Origin: a bacterium
GTDB lineage: Bacteria; Verrucomicrobiota; Kiritimatiellia; CAIKKV01; CAITUY01
DNA: 64,000 nucleotides
Direction: 5' to 3'
Assembly: GCA_037128595.1 (NCBI GenBank)
Contig: JBAXWB010000011.1
Span: 17,714-81,713 of the forward strand
The notes beneath the pieces were generated by a model that saw only the letters and a list, made by a program, of their open reading frames with translations, searched no databases and was not told where the DNA came from. The position numbers and the translations under genes were made by a program. The stretch's first letter is position 1, and the number at the start of each line of letters is the position of its first letter. Positions 19,628 to 29,468 of this stretch are shown here, one piece after another.

Positions 19628-20791
19628 TTAAATTGCGGCCAACAACGCCTCAACCTTGTCCACACGCTCCCAGGTAAACGACTTCAGGTTCTCCGTACGC
19701 CCGAAGTGCCCGTAGGAAGAGGTCGCCTCATAAATCGGACGAAGCAGATCCAGCGTCCGGATGATCTCGGCCGGCTTCAGGCCAAACACGGCCTTGACGG
19801 CCTTGACAATCGCCGCATCACTGACCGTACCGGTGCCGAAGGTATCAATGTGAACCGAGACAGGATCGGGATACCCGATGGCATAAGCCAACTGGAGTTC
19901 GCAACGCTGCGCCAGTTTCGCCGCCACGACATTCTTGGCCACATAGCGGGCCATATACGCCGCGCTGCGGTCGACTTTGGACGGATCCTTGCCGGAGAAC
20001 GCACCGCCCCCGTGGCGGCCCATGCCCCCGTAAGTGTCGACAATAATCTTACGTCCCGTCAACCCGCTGTCCCCGTGTGGGCCCCCAATGACAAAACGCC
20101 CGGTGGGATTGATCAGGAACTTTGTTTTTTTGAGAAGTTTCTCGGGGATTTGTTTACGGACAATCTCCTCGATGATCCCCTCCTTGAGCGCCTTGTAGGA
20201 CACATCCGGGCTGTGCTGGGAGGACACCACCACGGTATCCACACTGACCGGGCGGCCGTTTTCGTACACCACCGTCACCTGGGATTTCCCATCCGGACGG
20301 AGGAAGGGAAGGGTTCCGTCGCGACGCGCTTTCGCCAGCGCCTTGGTCAGGCGATGGGCGAACATGATCGGCATGGGCATCAGTTCACGGGTCTCATCAC
20401 AGGCATACCCGAACATCATCCCCTGGTCGCCGGCCCCCTGCTCCTTGAAAAGTCCCTGCCCCGAAGTCACCCCCTGGGAAATGTCCGGAGATTGGCGATC
20501 GATCGAAACCATGACCGCACAGCTGTCCGCAGAAAACCCGAGATCAGGATCCGTATAGCCGATCTTCCGGATCTTTTCGCGGGCAATGTCGGCAAAATTG
20601 ACAATCGCCTTGGTAGTGATTTCACCCGCAACCACCACAAGACCGGTACTCACCAGCGTCTCGCAAGCGACACGGGCCTTGGGATCCTGCTTGAGATTGG
20701 CATCCAGAATAGCGTCGGAAATGCCGTCGGCAACTTTATCAGGATGGCCTTCGGAAACTGACTCTGATGTAAACAAGTAACGATCGCTCAT
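19628..20791 (-). CDS. metK: S-adenosylmethionine synthetase
   Basis: [24 protein letters not shown] and [19 protein letters not shown] signatures are present. Confidence 0.95.
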   Translation of the reverse strand: MSDRYLFTSESVSEGHPDKVADGISDAILDANLKQDPKARVACETLVSTGLVVVAGEITTKAIVNFADIAREKIRKIGYTDPDLGFSADSCAVMVSIDRQSPDISQGVTSGQGLFKEQGAGDQGMMFGYACDETRELMPMPIMFAHRLTKALAKARRDGTLPFLRPDGKSQVTVVYENGRPVSVDTVVVSSQHSPDVSYKALKEGIIEEIVRKQIPEKLLKKTKFLINPTGRFVIGGPHGDSGLTGRKIIVDTYGGMGRHGGGAFSGKDPSKVDRSAAYMARYVAKNVVAAKLAQRCELQLAYAIGYPDPVSVHIDTFGTGTVSDAAIVKAVKAVFGLKPAEIIRTLDLLRPIYEATSSYGHFGRTENLKSFTWERVDKVEALLAAI

Positions 20792-20857
20792 ATTATTCCC
20801 CTTGGTTTAGTATTGCTCCGGCCTTTTCCAGCCACGAAATGCTTATTGTTACCTGAA

Positions 20858-22642
20858 TCACTTCACTAATTCAAGTATTTCAGGAGAGACTTTCGCAATC
20901 AACGCACGGCAATGCTTGAGGACTTCCGCCGCGGTCTCGCAGGAAAGGGCCGTCTGCGCCAGTTCGATGGCCTGGGCGCGGGTGACACTGCGAATGAGCT
21001 CCTTGACGGCCGGTACAGAGGCGGGCACCATGCTCAACTCATCGATCCCCAACCCCATCAGCAGCAGCGTCATCAGCGGGTCGCCCCCCATCTGGCCGCA
21101 GACCCCCACCCAGATCCCCCGGGCATGCCCCGCTTCCACGGTGTGCCGAATCAGCCGTAGCACCGCCGGATGCGTGGGCTCATAGAGATGGGCCACCCGG
21201 TCGTTCACGCGGTCCACGGCCAGGGTGTATTGCGCCAGGTCATTGGTCCCGATACTGAAAAACGAGACGTGCTTGGCGATAATGTCTGCCGTCAGCGCGG
21301 CCGAAGGGATCTCGATCATGACACCCACTTCAATCAGGGCATCAAAGGCGATATTTTCCTGCCGCAACTCCGCCTTGCACTCCTCCAGAATCGCATTGGC
21401 CCGGATGACCTCCCCGACGTTACTGATCATGGGGTACATGATCCTGACCTTTCCGAAAGCGCTCGCCCGCAAAATGGCCCGCAACTGGGTTTTAAACATT
21501 TCCGGCTGGGCCAGGCAGAACCGGATTGCCCGGAAACCAAGAAAGGGATTCATCTCGGGCGGCATCCTGACCGAGGAGGCGAACTTATCCCCGCCAAGGT
21601 CAACGGTCCGGATAATCACCGGCTCCGGCGCCAGTAATGAGGTCACCCCTTTATACGCGGCCAACTGCTCCGCCTCGGTCGGTAGCTCGTCGTGGGCGAT
21701 ATACAGGTACTCCGAACGCAACAGGCCCACGCCGTGGGCACCATATTTCCGGATTTCCCTGGCTTCCTCCAGAAACTCGATATTGGCCGAGAGGATCACG
21801 CGATGATGATCCAGCGTCTCGGCCGGCAGATCACACAGCTGCGTCAGCCGGGCTTCGATCATCTTGCGTTGCTGCGCCAGCTTATTATATTTCTTAAGGG
21901 TGGCCTCAGAAGGCCGCAGAATCACGACCCCTTCGGTGCCATCCATCAGGATCCAGTCACCCGGGGAAAGCTTGTGGGTCACATCGCCCAACCCGACCAC
22001 CGCCGGTATTCCCATCGCCCGGGCCATAATGGCGGAATGCGAGGTCCGGCTCCCCATGTCGGTCGCAAACCCCAGCACCAGGCTCCGTCGCAGCGTGGCC
22101 GTTTCAGAAGGAGAAAGATCGGGGGAGACCACGACGCTTTTTTCTTTCAGGCCATCCAGCGCATGGGATTTTTCACCCGTGAGATTGCGCAACACCCGGC
22201 GGGCCACATCCTTGAAGTCAGAAACACGTTCCCGGAGGTATTCGTCTTCCACGGCCGAAAGCGCTTCCACATACCGGCTCGTCACGGCGCGCACCGCAGA
22301 TTCGGCATTCAGATGATCGGATTCAATCAGCCGGATCGTTTCATCAAAAAACGCGGCATCGTCCAAAATCAATTTATGAACGTCAAAAATGGTGGCATCC
22401 TGATGGCCGATGGCACGTTTAACATTATTCTGGATGACGGTAATCTGACGCCGGGTCACCACGACGGCCGCTTTGAACCGCGCCAGTTCAGCGGCAATCT
22501 CTTCGGGCTTGAGGGTTCGTTCGGAGAATTCAGTTTCTTCGGGACTGACCTTGTAGACGGGACCGATGACCACACCTGGGGAGACCCCCACGCCATGCAG
22601 GATGATGTCTGCCAGCCCACTGGGCCCCTGCACATTCGTCAT
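20858..22642 (-). CDS. ptsI: phosphoenolpyruvate-protein phosphotransferase (PTS Enzyme I)
   Basis: EI N-terminal domain and a phospho-His region (GSRTSHSAIMARAMGIPAVVG). PEP-utilising C-terminal TIM barrel. Confidence 0.93.
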   Translation of the reverse strand: MTNVQGPSGLADIILHGVGVSPGVVIGPVYKVSPEETEFSERTLKPEEIAAELARFKAAVVVTRRQITVIQNNVKRAIGHQDATIFDVHKLILDDAAFFDETIRLIESDHLNAESAVRAVTSRYVEALSAVEDEYLRERVSDFKDVARRVLRNLTGEKSHALDGLKEKSVVVSPDLSPSETATLRRSLVLGFATDMGSRTSHSAIMARAMGIPAVVGLGDVTHKLSPGDWILMDGTEGVVILRPSEATLKKYNKLAQQRKMIEARLTQLCDLPAETLDHHRVILSANIEFLEEAREIRKYGAHGVGLLRSEYLYIAHDELPTEAEQLAAYKGVTSLLAPEPVIIRTVDLGGDKFASSVRMPPEMNPFLGFRAIRFCLAQPEMFKTQLRAILRASAFGKVRIMYPMISNVGEVIRANAILEECKAELRQENIAFDALIEVGVMIEIPSAALTADIIAKHVSFFSIGTNDLAQYTLAVDRVNDRVAHLYEPTHPAVLRLIRHTVEAGHARGIWVGVCGQMGGDPLMTLLLMGLGIDELSMVPASVPAVKELIRSVTRAQAIELAQTALSCETAAEVLKHCRALIAKVSPEILELVK

Positions 22643-22647
22643 GGTGG

Positions 22648-22965
22648 TTATCCCTCGAAGAACTTGCTGTCCATCAGCGACTGGATTTCATCAAGGGCGG
22701 CCTCGGCGTCGACTCCGTCAGCAATGATCCGCAAGACGGTCCCGAAGCCAGCCTCAAGGGTCATGAGGCCCATGATGCTTTTACCGGACACCTTGTTGCA
22801 GCCCTTCTCAACGGTGACATCGGCCATGAAGCGGTTCGCGGCCTTTACAAAAAGAGCCGCCGGCCGTGCATGAAGCCCGAGCTTATTCTGGATCTTCAGT
22901 TCACGAACCAGAATCCGTTCGGACGCTTCGCGTTTTTGGCCCGCGTTACTCATCGTGTTTGTCAT
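22648..22965 (-). CDS. ptsH: phosphocarrier protein HPr
   Basis: GLHARPAALFVKAANRF (His15 region) and KVSGKSIMGLMTL (Ser46 region). The start may be the internal MSNAG. Confidence 0.88.
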   Translation of the reverse strand: MTNTMSNAGQKREASERILVRELKIQNKLGLHARPAALFVKAANRFMADVTVEKGCNKVSGKSIMGLMTLEAGFGTVLRIIADGVDAEAALDEIQSLMDSKFFEG

Positions 22966-23920
22966 CCTTCGCCAACACGGATATCAATTTATCGTCCAAT
23001 TCCTTGGCGGCATCGTGACCCAGCCGTTTCAGCATCTGATCCAAGGCCGCCACTTCCACGATGTTGGCGACATCCCGCCCGGGGGCAACCGGAATTTCAA
23101 TGCTGGGGATATCCACCCCCAGAATGGTGCGCTTCTGGGTGATCTGGCCGCTCCGGTCCTCTGCGGAAATCATTTCCGGACTACACAAATTAATCACCAG
23201 GTCCAGTTGTTTTTCGTTGCGGACCGAAGCTACCCCGAAAAGACTGGGCACATGGATGATGCCCAGACCCCGAATCTCCATATGATAGCGGATCACCCCG
23301 ACGGGCGAACCGATCACATCATTGGAACTATCGACCCGGAGCGACGTCACATCATCCGACACCAGGCAATGACCCTTCTTGATCAGCGCCAACGCCGTTT
23401 CGCTTTTTCCCACGCCGGGTTTCCCCACAAGCAGCACCCCCACGCCCAGGATCTCCACCATCGTGCCTTGCAGCACCATGTGGGGCGCCAGCAGATTCCC
23501 CATGATGACGGTGGCGCCATTGATAAAATTCTTGGTGATCGCAGGCGTACGCAGGAGGCACGTCTTGTACTCCTCGGACAATTCGATGAGTTCCGGCAGG
23601 ATCCGATGGCGCCGGGTGACCACAATACAGGGAATGTGGCGCATGAACACCTGCTTCAACCGCTCACGACGATCCCCCTCGCTCAGGGAGGCCAGATACG
23701 CCATTTCAGCGTGCCCGAGCGTTTGAATACGGCGGGGAGCAAAATACTGGAAGAAACCCGTTAATGCCAGACCTGGCCGGTTGATGGCGGATTCTTCAAT
23801 CCGCCGGTTCAAACCGGACGCGCCTGCCACCAGGTCAAGATCCAGACGGTCTTTCGCCGCCTTTAAAAAATCCTCGACCGTCGCGAAAGACTTCTCCACC
23901 GCCGCATCGCTCATACTCAT
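22946..23920 (-). CDS. hprK: HPr kinase/phosphorylase
   Basis: Walker A GVLLVGKPGVGKSETALALIKKGHCLVSDD and the C-terminal HprK signature are present. Confidence 0.9.
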   Translation of the reverse strand: MSMSDAAVEKSFATVEDFLKAAKDRLDLDLVAGASGLNRRIEESAINRPGLALTGFFQYFAPRRIQTLGHAEMAYLASLSEGDRRERLKQVFMRHIPCIVVTRRHRILPELIELSEEYKTCLLRTPAITKNFINGATVIMGNLLAPHMVLQGTMVEILGVGVLLVGKPGVGKSETALALIKKGHCLVSDDVTSLRVDSSNDVIGSPVGVIRYHMEIRGLGIIHVPSLFGVASVRNEKQLDLVINLCSPEMISAEDRSGQITQKRTILGVDIPSIEIPVAPGRDVANIVEVAALDQMLKRLGHDAAKELDDKLISVLAKDDKHDE

Positions 23921-24255
23921 TCCACTTCCACAACTGGCTCAAGGTCACGGAGCTTGCTATTCCCCTTGTGCTCATGACGCTTGTCCAACGTCTTCCGCAG
24001 CTGGGCCTCCACTTTATCTACGGCTTCGTCAATCGAGGCATACATATTCTCGGAGGTGGCCGTCCCTTCCAGTTGAATATGACGCGCCGCATGGACAATC
24101 ACCTCGGCGAGATGGGTGAATTTCTGGATATCCAGAATCATATGGATTTTATCAATCCGCGGGAATTCAGCCACCAGCTTGTCAAGACGCTTGCCGGCGT
24201 AATCCCGCATGCTGTTACTCACATCCACATTTCTGCCTGTTATTTCGATTGTCAT
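23917..24255 (-). CDS. hpf: ribosome hibernation-promoting factor (HPF/RaiA family)
   Basis: MTIEITGRNVDVS...DYAGKRLDKL is an HPF start. Start is chosen at the ATG preceded by AGGAC. The ORF-track start is 22 codons longer. Confidence 0.85.
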   Translation of the reverse strand: MTIEITGRNVDVSNSMRDYAGKRLDKLVAEFPRIDKIHMILDIQKFTHLAEVIVHAARHIQLEGTATSENMYASIDEAVDKVEAQLRKTLDKRHEHKGNSKLRDLEPVVEVE

Positions 24256-24274
24256 AATTTTGTCCTCCCGGTAC

Positions 24275-25030
24275 TTACATACTGAATCGCGGCCCCAAAT
24301 ACAACTCCCGACTAACATCATCGTTAATCAGAAATTCACGAGGTCCCTCTCTTAATACCCGGCCTTCGCAAATCAGGTAGGCCCGATCCACAATCGCCAG
24401 TGTTTCCCTCACACTATGATCCGTAATCAGAATGCCCAGCCCCCGCTTGCGTAGACTTTTAATAATCTCCTGGACATCATAAACCGCCAGGGGATCAACG
24501 CCGCTGAAGGGCTCATCCAGCAGAATCATCGCCGGATCCGTGACCAACGCCCGGGCGATTTCCAGACGTCTCCGCTCCCCCCCACTCAACGTGAACGCCA
24601 TCTGGTTGGCCAGGCCGGAGATCCCCAGGTCCTCCATGAGTTCCCCCATCCGTTGCTTCCGCTGCCGGGAGCTGAGATTCCGGGTTTCCAGAATGGCCAT
24701 AATATTATCAGCAACGGTCAATTTGCGAAAAATAGAGGGTTCCTGGGCCAGGTACCCCATGCCCATGCGCGCCCGCTGAAACATGGGCTTGGCGGAGACA
24801 TCTTTTCCCTTGAAAAAGATTTTACCCCGGGTTGGGCGAATCAGGCCCACAATCATATAAAACGTGGTGGTTTTTCCCGCCCCGTTCGGCCCCAGCAGCC
24901 CGACAATCTCGCCCGCATTGACGTTCACACTGACGCCATGTACCACGGTTTTTCCGCGATAGGCCTTGACCAGTTCCTCGGTTCTGATTAACGGATCCAC
25001 AACATCCTCATTTCTGGGGCTTAGCCGCAC
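24275..25030 (-). CDS. lptB: LPS export ABC transporter ATP-binding protein LptB
   Basis: LVKAYRGKTVVHGVSVNVNAGEIVGLLGPNGAGKTTTFYMIVG plus LSGGERRRLEIARAL. The true start may be a GTG about 10 codons downstream. Confidence 0.88.
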   Translation of the reverse strand: MRLSPRNEDVVDPLIRTEELVKAYRGKTVVHGVSVNVNAGEIVGLLGPNGAGKTTTFYMIVGLIRPTRGKIFFKGKDVSAKPMFQRARMGMGYLAQEPSIFRKLTVADNIMAILETRNLSSRQRKQRMGELMEDLGISGLANQMAFTLSGGERRRLEIARALVTDPAMILLDEPFSGVDPLAVYDVQEIIKSLRKRGLGILITDHSVRETLAIVDRAYLICEGRVLREGPREFLINDDVSRELYLGPRFSM

Positions 25031-25604
25031 TCTTGGACTTCATCATGTCGCCGAGATCGCTTTTCCCTTCACCGGGCATAAAGGAGCCTGATGAATTGTC
25101 AATATGAACCTTGTCCTCATCACGGCTGTAAATGATACGCGAGCCGCGCAAGGTCATACCCTCCTGGGTAATCACCGGCTTATCGGTCAACACCGTGATG
25201 CCCGAGCGGACACTATACACCGCACGGCCACAAGTGGCCCGGCGGAACCCCTTGACGGGAGTCGCCTTCTTGCTGGACACGGCCGCCGGACTCAAATCCT
25301 GCTCAATGTCAACCGAACCGACGGCGGTCACCATTTCCGGTTCCCGGTTGGTCGTCATCAACATGGTAATCTGATCCGCCTTGATCGTCACCCGGGGATC
25401 ACTCACCACAACCGACCCATCCAACACCAGCACATTGCGTGAAATATCATAGTCCGCCCGTTTGGCCGAAATATGGGTTTCACTCGCGCCACTACCCATC
25501 GTCATCCCTGCTGCAGCCGAAGACTCACGCTCCTGAGCACGGGCCAGAATTGCCCCCGAAAAAATCAGGCAACCCGCCGCCATCGTTATCCATACCTTCT
25601 TCAT
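25008..25604 (-). CDS. lptA: LptA (OstA N-terminal domain) periplasmic LPS transport protein
   Basis: Signal peptide, OstA-like beta-jellyroll and position between lptC and lptB. Confidence 0.75.
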   Translation of the reverse strand: MKKVWITMAAGCLIFSGAILARAQERESSAAAGMTMGSGASETHISAKRADYDISRNVLVLDGSVVVSDPRVTIKADQITMLMTTNREPEMVTAVGSVDIEQDLSPAAVSSKKATPVKGFRRATCGRAVYSVRSGITVLTDKPVITQEGMTLRGSRIIYSRDEDKVHIDNSSGSFMPGEGKSDLGDMMKSKSAAKPQK

Positions 25605-25605
25605 G

Positions 25606-26097
25606 TCACTTTTTCTCCTTCAGCAGGGGCCACACCTTGACACGTCCTGACATCACCATATGAAAGTTATTCAGAATTTCAATCCGCTGCTTTTCGGCGG
25701 ACCATCGAAATCCCTTCCCTGTAATCTCCACATTATCCCTCACAATTTTCATGTCGGCATTGGAGAAGGCATCCTTGGTCTTCTGATCCACCGTGCAGTG
25801 CTCAGAGGTCAGGACGGCATCCACCTCATTGGTGGTACTCGTCACCAGCCGCTTCTTGTACATGATAATCTGCAACCCGGTAATCCGGATCTTGCTGTCC
25901 GCAAGCATTTTGGCTTTTTTGCCGAAAATCTCGGATTTCAGCATTCCGTTTGCATCGAATTCAGGGATGCGGAAGTCATCGATCTCCCGGTCTTCCATGC
26001 CGGCCAGCTGCTGGGAATACGCCACCGTCCCGCAGGCGAGCCACGCCAGCAGCAGAAGTCCGGTCACCCGATTACGCAAGACGCACGACATCATCAA
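25606..26097 (-). CDS. lptC: LptC-like LPS export protein
   Basis: N-terminal membrane anchor with an LptC-fold periplasmic domain. Conserved position upstream of lptA. Confidence 0.6.
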   Translation of the reverse strand: MMMSCVLRNRVTGLLLLAWLACGTVAYSQQLAGMEDREIDDFRIPEFDANGMLKSEIFGKKAKMLADSKIRITGLQIIMYKKRLVTSTTNEVDAVLTSEHCTVDQKTKDAFSNADMKIVRDNVEITGKGFRWSAEKQRIEILNNFHMVMSGRVKVWPLLKEKK

Positions 26098-26911
26098 TTT
26101 TCCTTAACGTCCGCCAGAGTTGCCCCATGGCTGAAAACGCGATTGTATTATCTTTATCGGACAGTGCCTCCTCGGGCTTGACATGGGTTTCAATAAACAC
26201 CCCGTCACATCCCGTGGCCACCGCAGCCCGCGCCAACGCCGGCGCCCAGCAGCCATCTCCACCCGTCCGGTCCCCGGCTCCCCCGGGTCGCTGCACGCTG
26301 TGGGTGGCGTCAAATATGACCGGATAGCCGAACTCACGCATTACCAAAAGACTCCGCATGTCGGCTACTAAATTATTATAACCGAATGAGACCCCGCGTT
26401 CCGTCAGGATAATCTTCCGGTTCCCGGTCGACTCGATTTTCTGGATCACGTTGCGCATATCCCCGGGCGCCATGAACTGGGCTTTCTTCACATTGACCGG
26501 AATACCCGTATTTCCGGCCGCCACCACCAGGTCGGTCTGGCGGCAGAGAAAGGCGGGAATCTGGATGATGTCGACCACTTTGGCGGCCCGGGCCGCCTCT
26601 TCCGCCGTATGGATGTCTGTCAATACCGGGACGCCATACCGGGCCTTGACCTCAGCCAGAATCTCAAGCCCACGCTCAATTCCCGGTCCACGATACGAGC
26701 GCACGGACGACCGGTTGGCCTTGTCGTATGAGGCCTTGAAGATCAGTGAAATTTTCTGAGTCTTGGCCAGGCGCACCAGTTTGCCGGCAATCTCCAGACA
26801 CCCCTCGCGACTCTCAATCACACAGGGACCTGCAATCAAGACCAACGGGCGTTTCGCCCCTACGCTCACATTCCCGACATCCACCGCTTTACTCATGGTT
26901 CCCGCTCTCAT
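26072..26911 (-). CDS. kdsA: 3-deoxy-8-phosphooctulonate synthase (Kdo-8-P synthase)
   Basis: PLVLIAGPCVIESRE and the DAHP-synthase-like TIM barrel. Confidence 0.93.
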   Translation of the reverse strand: MRAGTMSKAVDVGNVSVGAKRPLVLIAGPCVIESREGCLEIAGKLVRLAKTQKISLIFKASYDKANRSSVRSYRGPGIERGLEILAEVKARYGVPVLTDIHTAEEAARAAKVVDIIQIPAFLCRQTDLVVAAGNTGIPVNVKKAQFMAPGDMRNVIQKIESTGNRKIILTERGVSFGYNNLVADMRSLLVMREFGYPVIFDATHSVQRPGGAGDRTGGDGCWAPALARAAVATGCDGVFIETHVKPEEALSDKDNTIAFSAMGQLWRTLRKIDDVVRLA

Positions 26912-26912
26912 T

Positions 26913-27674
26913 CTATTTAAGTGTCAATCCCGCACGCCTCAAAGCCGCTTCCGCCAGCGCCACATCCTCAGGGGTATCCACCCCCAAGCCAATTTCCTGC
27001 GTCTCGACCACCTTCATCCGCGCCCCCAGATGCAACGCGCGCAGCTGCTCCAGTTTTTCCGACAACTCCAATACACAGGGAGGCGTCGCCACCAACCGAT
27101 CCAGAAAGGCGCGCCGATAGGCATAAATCCCCACATGCCGCCAATGGATCAAGCCGGCCGGCGCCGCATCCCGCACAAAGGGAATCACTGATCTCGAAAA
27201 ATATAAAGCCTGACCCTCTGCCCCAGATACCACTTTCACCACCGAGGGCTTGTTCAACTCCTCCGGCGAATGAATGGGCGTGGCGGCCGTGGCCATATCC
27301 CAGTCCCGAGCTTTCAGCATAACCTCCGCCAGTCCATTGATCAATCCCGGATCAATGAGCGGCTCATCCCCCTGAATATTGATCACAATCCCGGCGTCCC
27401 GGCCGGCCACCGCTTCGGCCACCCGGTCCGTACCTGAGGGGTGATCCACCCGCGTCATCACGGCCGTCCCGCCCAGTGACGCCACCACCGAGCGGATCCG
27501 CTCGTCATCGGTCGCGACCAACACCTCGTCCAACCGGTCCGCCTGGCGAACCCGCTCCAACACCCATTGGATCAGCGGTTTCCCGCAAATCGGGGCCAGT
27601 GCTTTGCCGGGCAACCGCGTAGAAGCCCACCGCGCAGGAATCACCCCCACCACTCGTTCGCGTTTAGAGTTCAT
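26913..27674 (-). CDS. kdsB: 3-deoxy-manno-octulosonate cytidylyltransferase (CMP-Kdo synthetase)
   Basis: VVGVIPARWASTRLPGKALAPICGKPLIQWV. Start is placed at MNSKRER. The longer ORF-track start overlaps the upstream gene by over 100 nt. Confidence 0.9.
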   Translation of the reverse strand: MNSKRERVVGVIPARWASTRLPGKALAPICGKPLIQWVLERVRQADRLDEVLVATDDERIRSVVASLGGTAVMTRVDHPSGTDRVAEAVAGRDAGIVINIQGDEPLIDPGLINGLAEVMLKARDWDMATAATPIHSPEELNKPSVVKVVSGAEGQALYFSRSVIPFVRDAAPAGLIHWRHVGIYAYRRAFLDRLVATPPCVLELSEKLEQLRALHLGARMKVVETQEIGLGVDTPEDVALAEAALRRAGLTLK

Positions 27675-28674
27675 TGGCCTCCACACTGGCGATGAGTTCT
27701 TCCGGCGAACAGGTGGCCGTCCCCAGCTTCCCCACCACCACGCCGGCGGCATTGTTGCCAAGCACCGCGGCTTCATCATAGGTCGCGCCAGCCGCCAGGG
27801 CCATCACGCAAGTGGCGATGACGGTATCCCCTGCCCCGCTGACGTCATACACTTCCCGTGCCCGGGTGGGGATCACGCGGGGAGCGCCGTGCCGGGCCAT
27901 CATGTACATTCCATTGGAACCCAGCGTCACGAGCAGCTGCTCCGGCTCCCAGATCTTCATCAGGGCTTCGGCCGCTTTCCGCAATGCCACATCATCCATG
28001 GGATTCCCGGGCGGCGGGGCCTTGGCGGGCAGACCGGCGCAGACCTGCGCCTCCTTATAGTTCGGCGTGGCCAGCGTAATACCCTTGATGGTCAGATTCA
28101 AATTGTCTTTGGGATCGAGCCCGACCGGGATCCCCTTCTTTTTGGCCGCGCGCAACACCGTGTCCATCACTTCCTGACACACAATGCCCTTGCTGTAATC
28201 TTCGATCACCACCCCGTCGCAGGTCTCCATTTCGAGGGCAATCAGCTCACAGAAGGCGTGAATATCATCCGCAGGCAGCTGGGGATCACTCTCCCAGTCC
28301 ACCCGGACCACCTGCTGGCGGTCTGCCAGCACGCGCATCTTCACGGTGGTCTGCAGGCCGGCCACGGCACGCACCGCATGGGTGCAGATTCCCTGGCCGC
28401 TCATCAGCGCCAGCAGCTCATGCCCGGCCATGTCATTCCCGACAATCCCGGCAATGACCGCCTGTCCGCCGAACGCGCAAATATTACTGGCCACATTGGC
28501 TGCGCCCCCCGGCACCTGCCGTTCCCGGCCCACCCGCACCACCGGAACCGGGGCCTCGGGGGAAATGCGATCCACCGAACCGTGAATATATTTGTCCAGC
28601 ATCAAATCCCCGACGACCAGTATCCGCTGCCGTCCGAGCCTCTTTGCCAACTGCTTTACGCGTGCGATATTCAT
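27664..28674 (-). CDS. hldE: D-glycero-beta-D-manno-heptose-7-phosphate kinase (HldE domain I / RfaE1, PfkB fold)
   Basis: ILVVGDLMLDKYIHGSVDRISPEAPVPVV with a C-terminal PfkB GAGD motif. No adenylyltransferase domain is present. Start at MNIARVKQL overlaps the upstream stop (ATGA). Confidence 0.85.
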   Translation of the reverse strand: MNIARVKQLAKRLGRQRILVVGDLMLDKYIHGSVDRISPEAPVPVVRVGRERQVPGGAANVASNICAFGGQAVIAGIVGNDMAGHELLALMSGQGICTHAVRAVAGLQTTVKMRVLADRQQVVRVDWESDPQLPADDIHAFCELIALEMETCDGVVIEDYSKGIVCQEVMDTVLRAAKKKGIPVGLDPKDNLNLTIKGITLATPNYKEAQVCAGLPAKAPPPGNPMDDVALRKAAEALMKIWEPEQLLVTLGSNGMYMMARHGAPRVIPTRAREVYDVSGAGDTVIATCVMALAAGATYDEAAVLGNNAAGVVVGKLGTATCSPEELIASVEANEL

Positions 28675-29468
28675 TTTGTTTTTCCTTGCTTGCCGGGCTC
28701 GGCGGGAATCGACCACCAATCCCTGACCGTGGAGTCGTCCCCTTCCCACACCCCGCGGTAGTCGACCTCCAGATAAGGGCTTTCCTGCGTCGTCACCCAC
28801 ATCCGGCGCAACAGTCGCCCCTTGACGCCGCCAGTCCGGAAAACACTTCGCGCGGACACCTCAAACAGCCTCACCTGCCGCTCACCCAACGATACCGGCC
28901 GCATGCTCAGGCTCAATCCGTCGACCGCCGAAAGCCGCTCCCCATCAGGAGTGCTCCACACCACCCCGCTGTCCGTAATATCCAGGCTCACCAACTTAGG
29001 GTCCTCGGCCAACAGGGCCACCGTATCGCGAACATCCGCCAGCACCGCCAGCCGGGCGAACGGGGCGGGTACCCAACCGTCCGCAATCTTGACTAATTCC
29101 AGACGCAGACCGCGAAGCACCAGATGCCACTCCCCACCCCAGCGCCACCCTATCTGGATTTCCCGGACCTTGAAATTGCCAAGGGGCGTGGTACTCGGCT
29201 TGGTCTGCACATCGGTCAGAACCAGATCCAACGGTGCGACCAGTTGTGCCCCGCCCACGGATAAATCCAGGCCGGTCTGTTTTTTCAGGGAGTTGGCCAC
29301 CAGATCGCTTCCCACTTTGGTCTGGATCCCGAAGACCGCCAGGGCAATCACAATGGCCGCACTCAACCCGGTCACGATCAGGCATCCGGCCGCCCGCGGG
29401 GGAGGGCGGTCGTTATGCGGCGATGCGGGCTTGGCTACCTCATCCCAATCAGTCGTTGCCGGACTCAT
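28671..29468 (-). CDS. hypothetical membrane-anchored (single TM) periplasmic protein embedded in the LPS core operon
   Basis: Start MSPATTDWDE is preceded by AAAGGA with a 6-nt spacer. One TM helix (CLIVTGLSAAIVIALAVFGI). No recognisable family. Confidence 0.5.
   Translation of the reverse strand: MSPATTDWDEVAKPASPHNDRPPPRAAGCLIVTGLSAAIVIALAVFGIQTKVGSDLVANSLKKQTGLDLSVGGAQLVAPLDLVLTDVQTKPSTTPLGNFKVREIQIGWRWGGEWHLVLRGLRLELVKIADGWVPAPFARLAVLADVRDTVALLAEDPKLVSLDITDSGVVWSTPDGERLSAVDGLSLSMRPVSLGERQVRLFEVSARSVFRTGGVKGRLLRRMWVTTQESPYLEVDYRGVWEGDDSTVRDWWSIPAEPGKQGKTK

Noticed and set aside
20792-20857. SAM riboswitch upstream of metK
   Set aside because: The 66-nt leader is too short and lacks the conserved SAM-I/II elements. 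It contains only a weak GGCC-centred stem.
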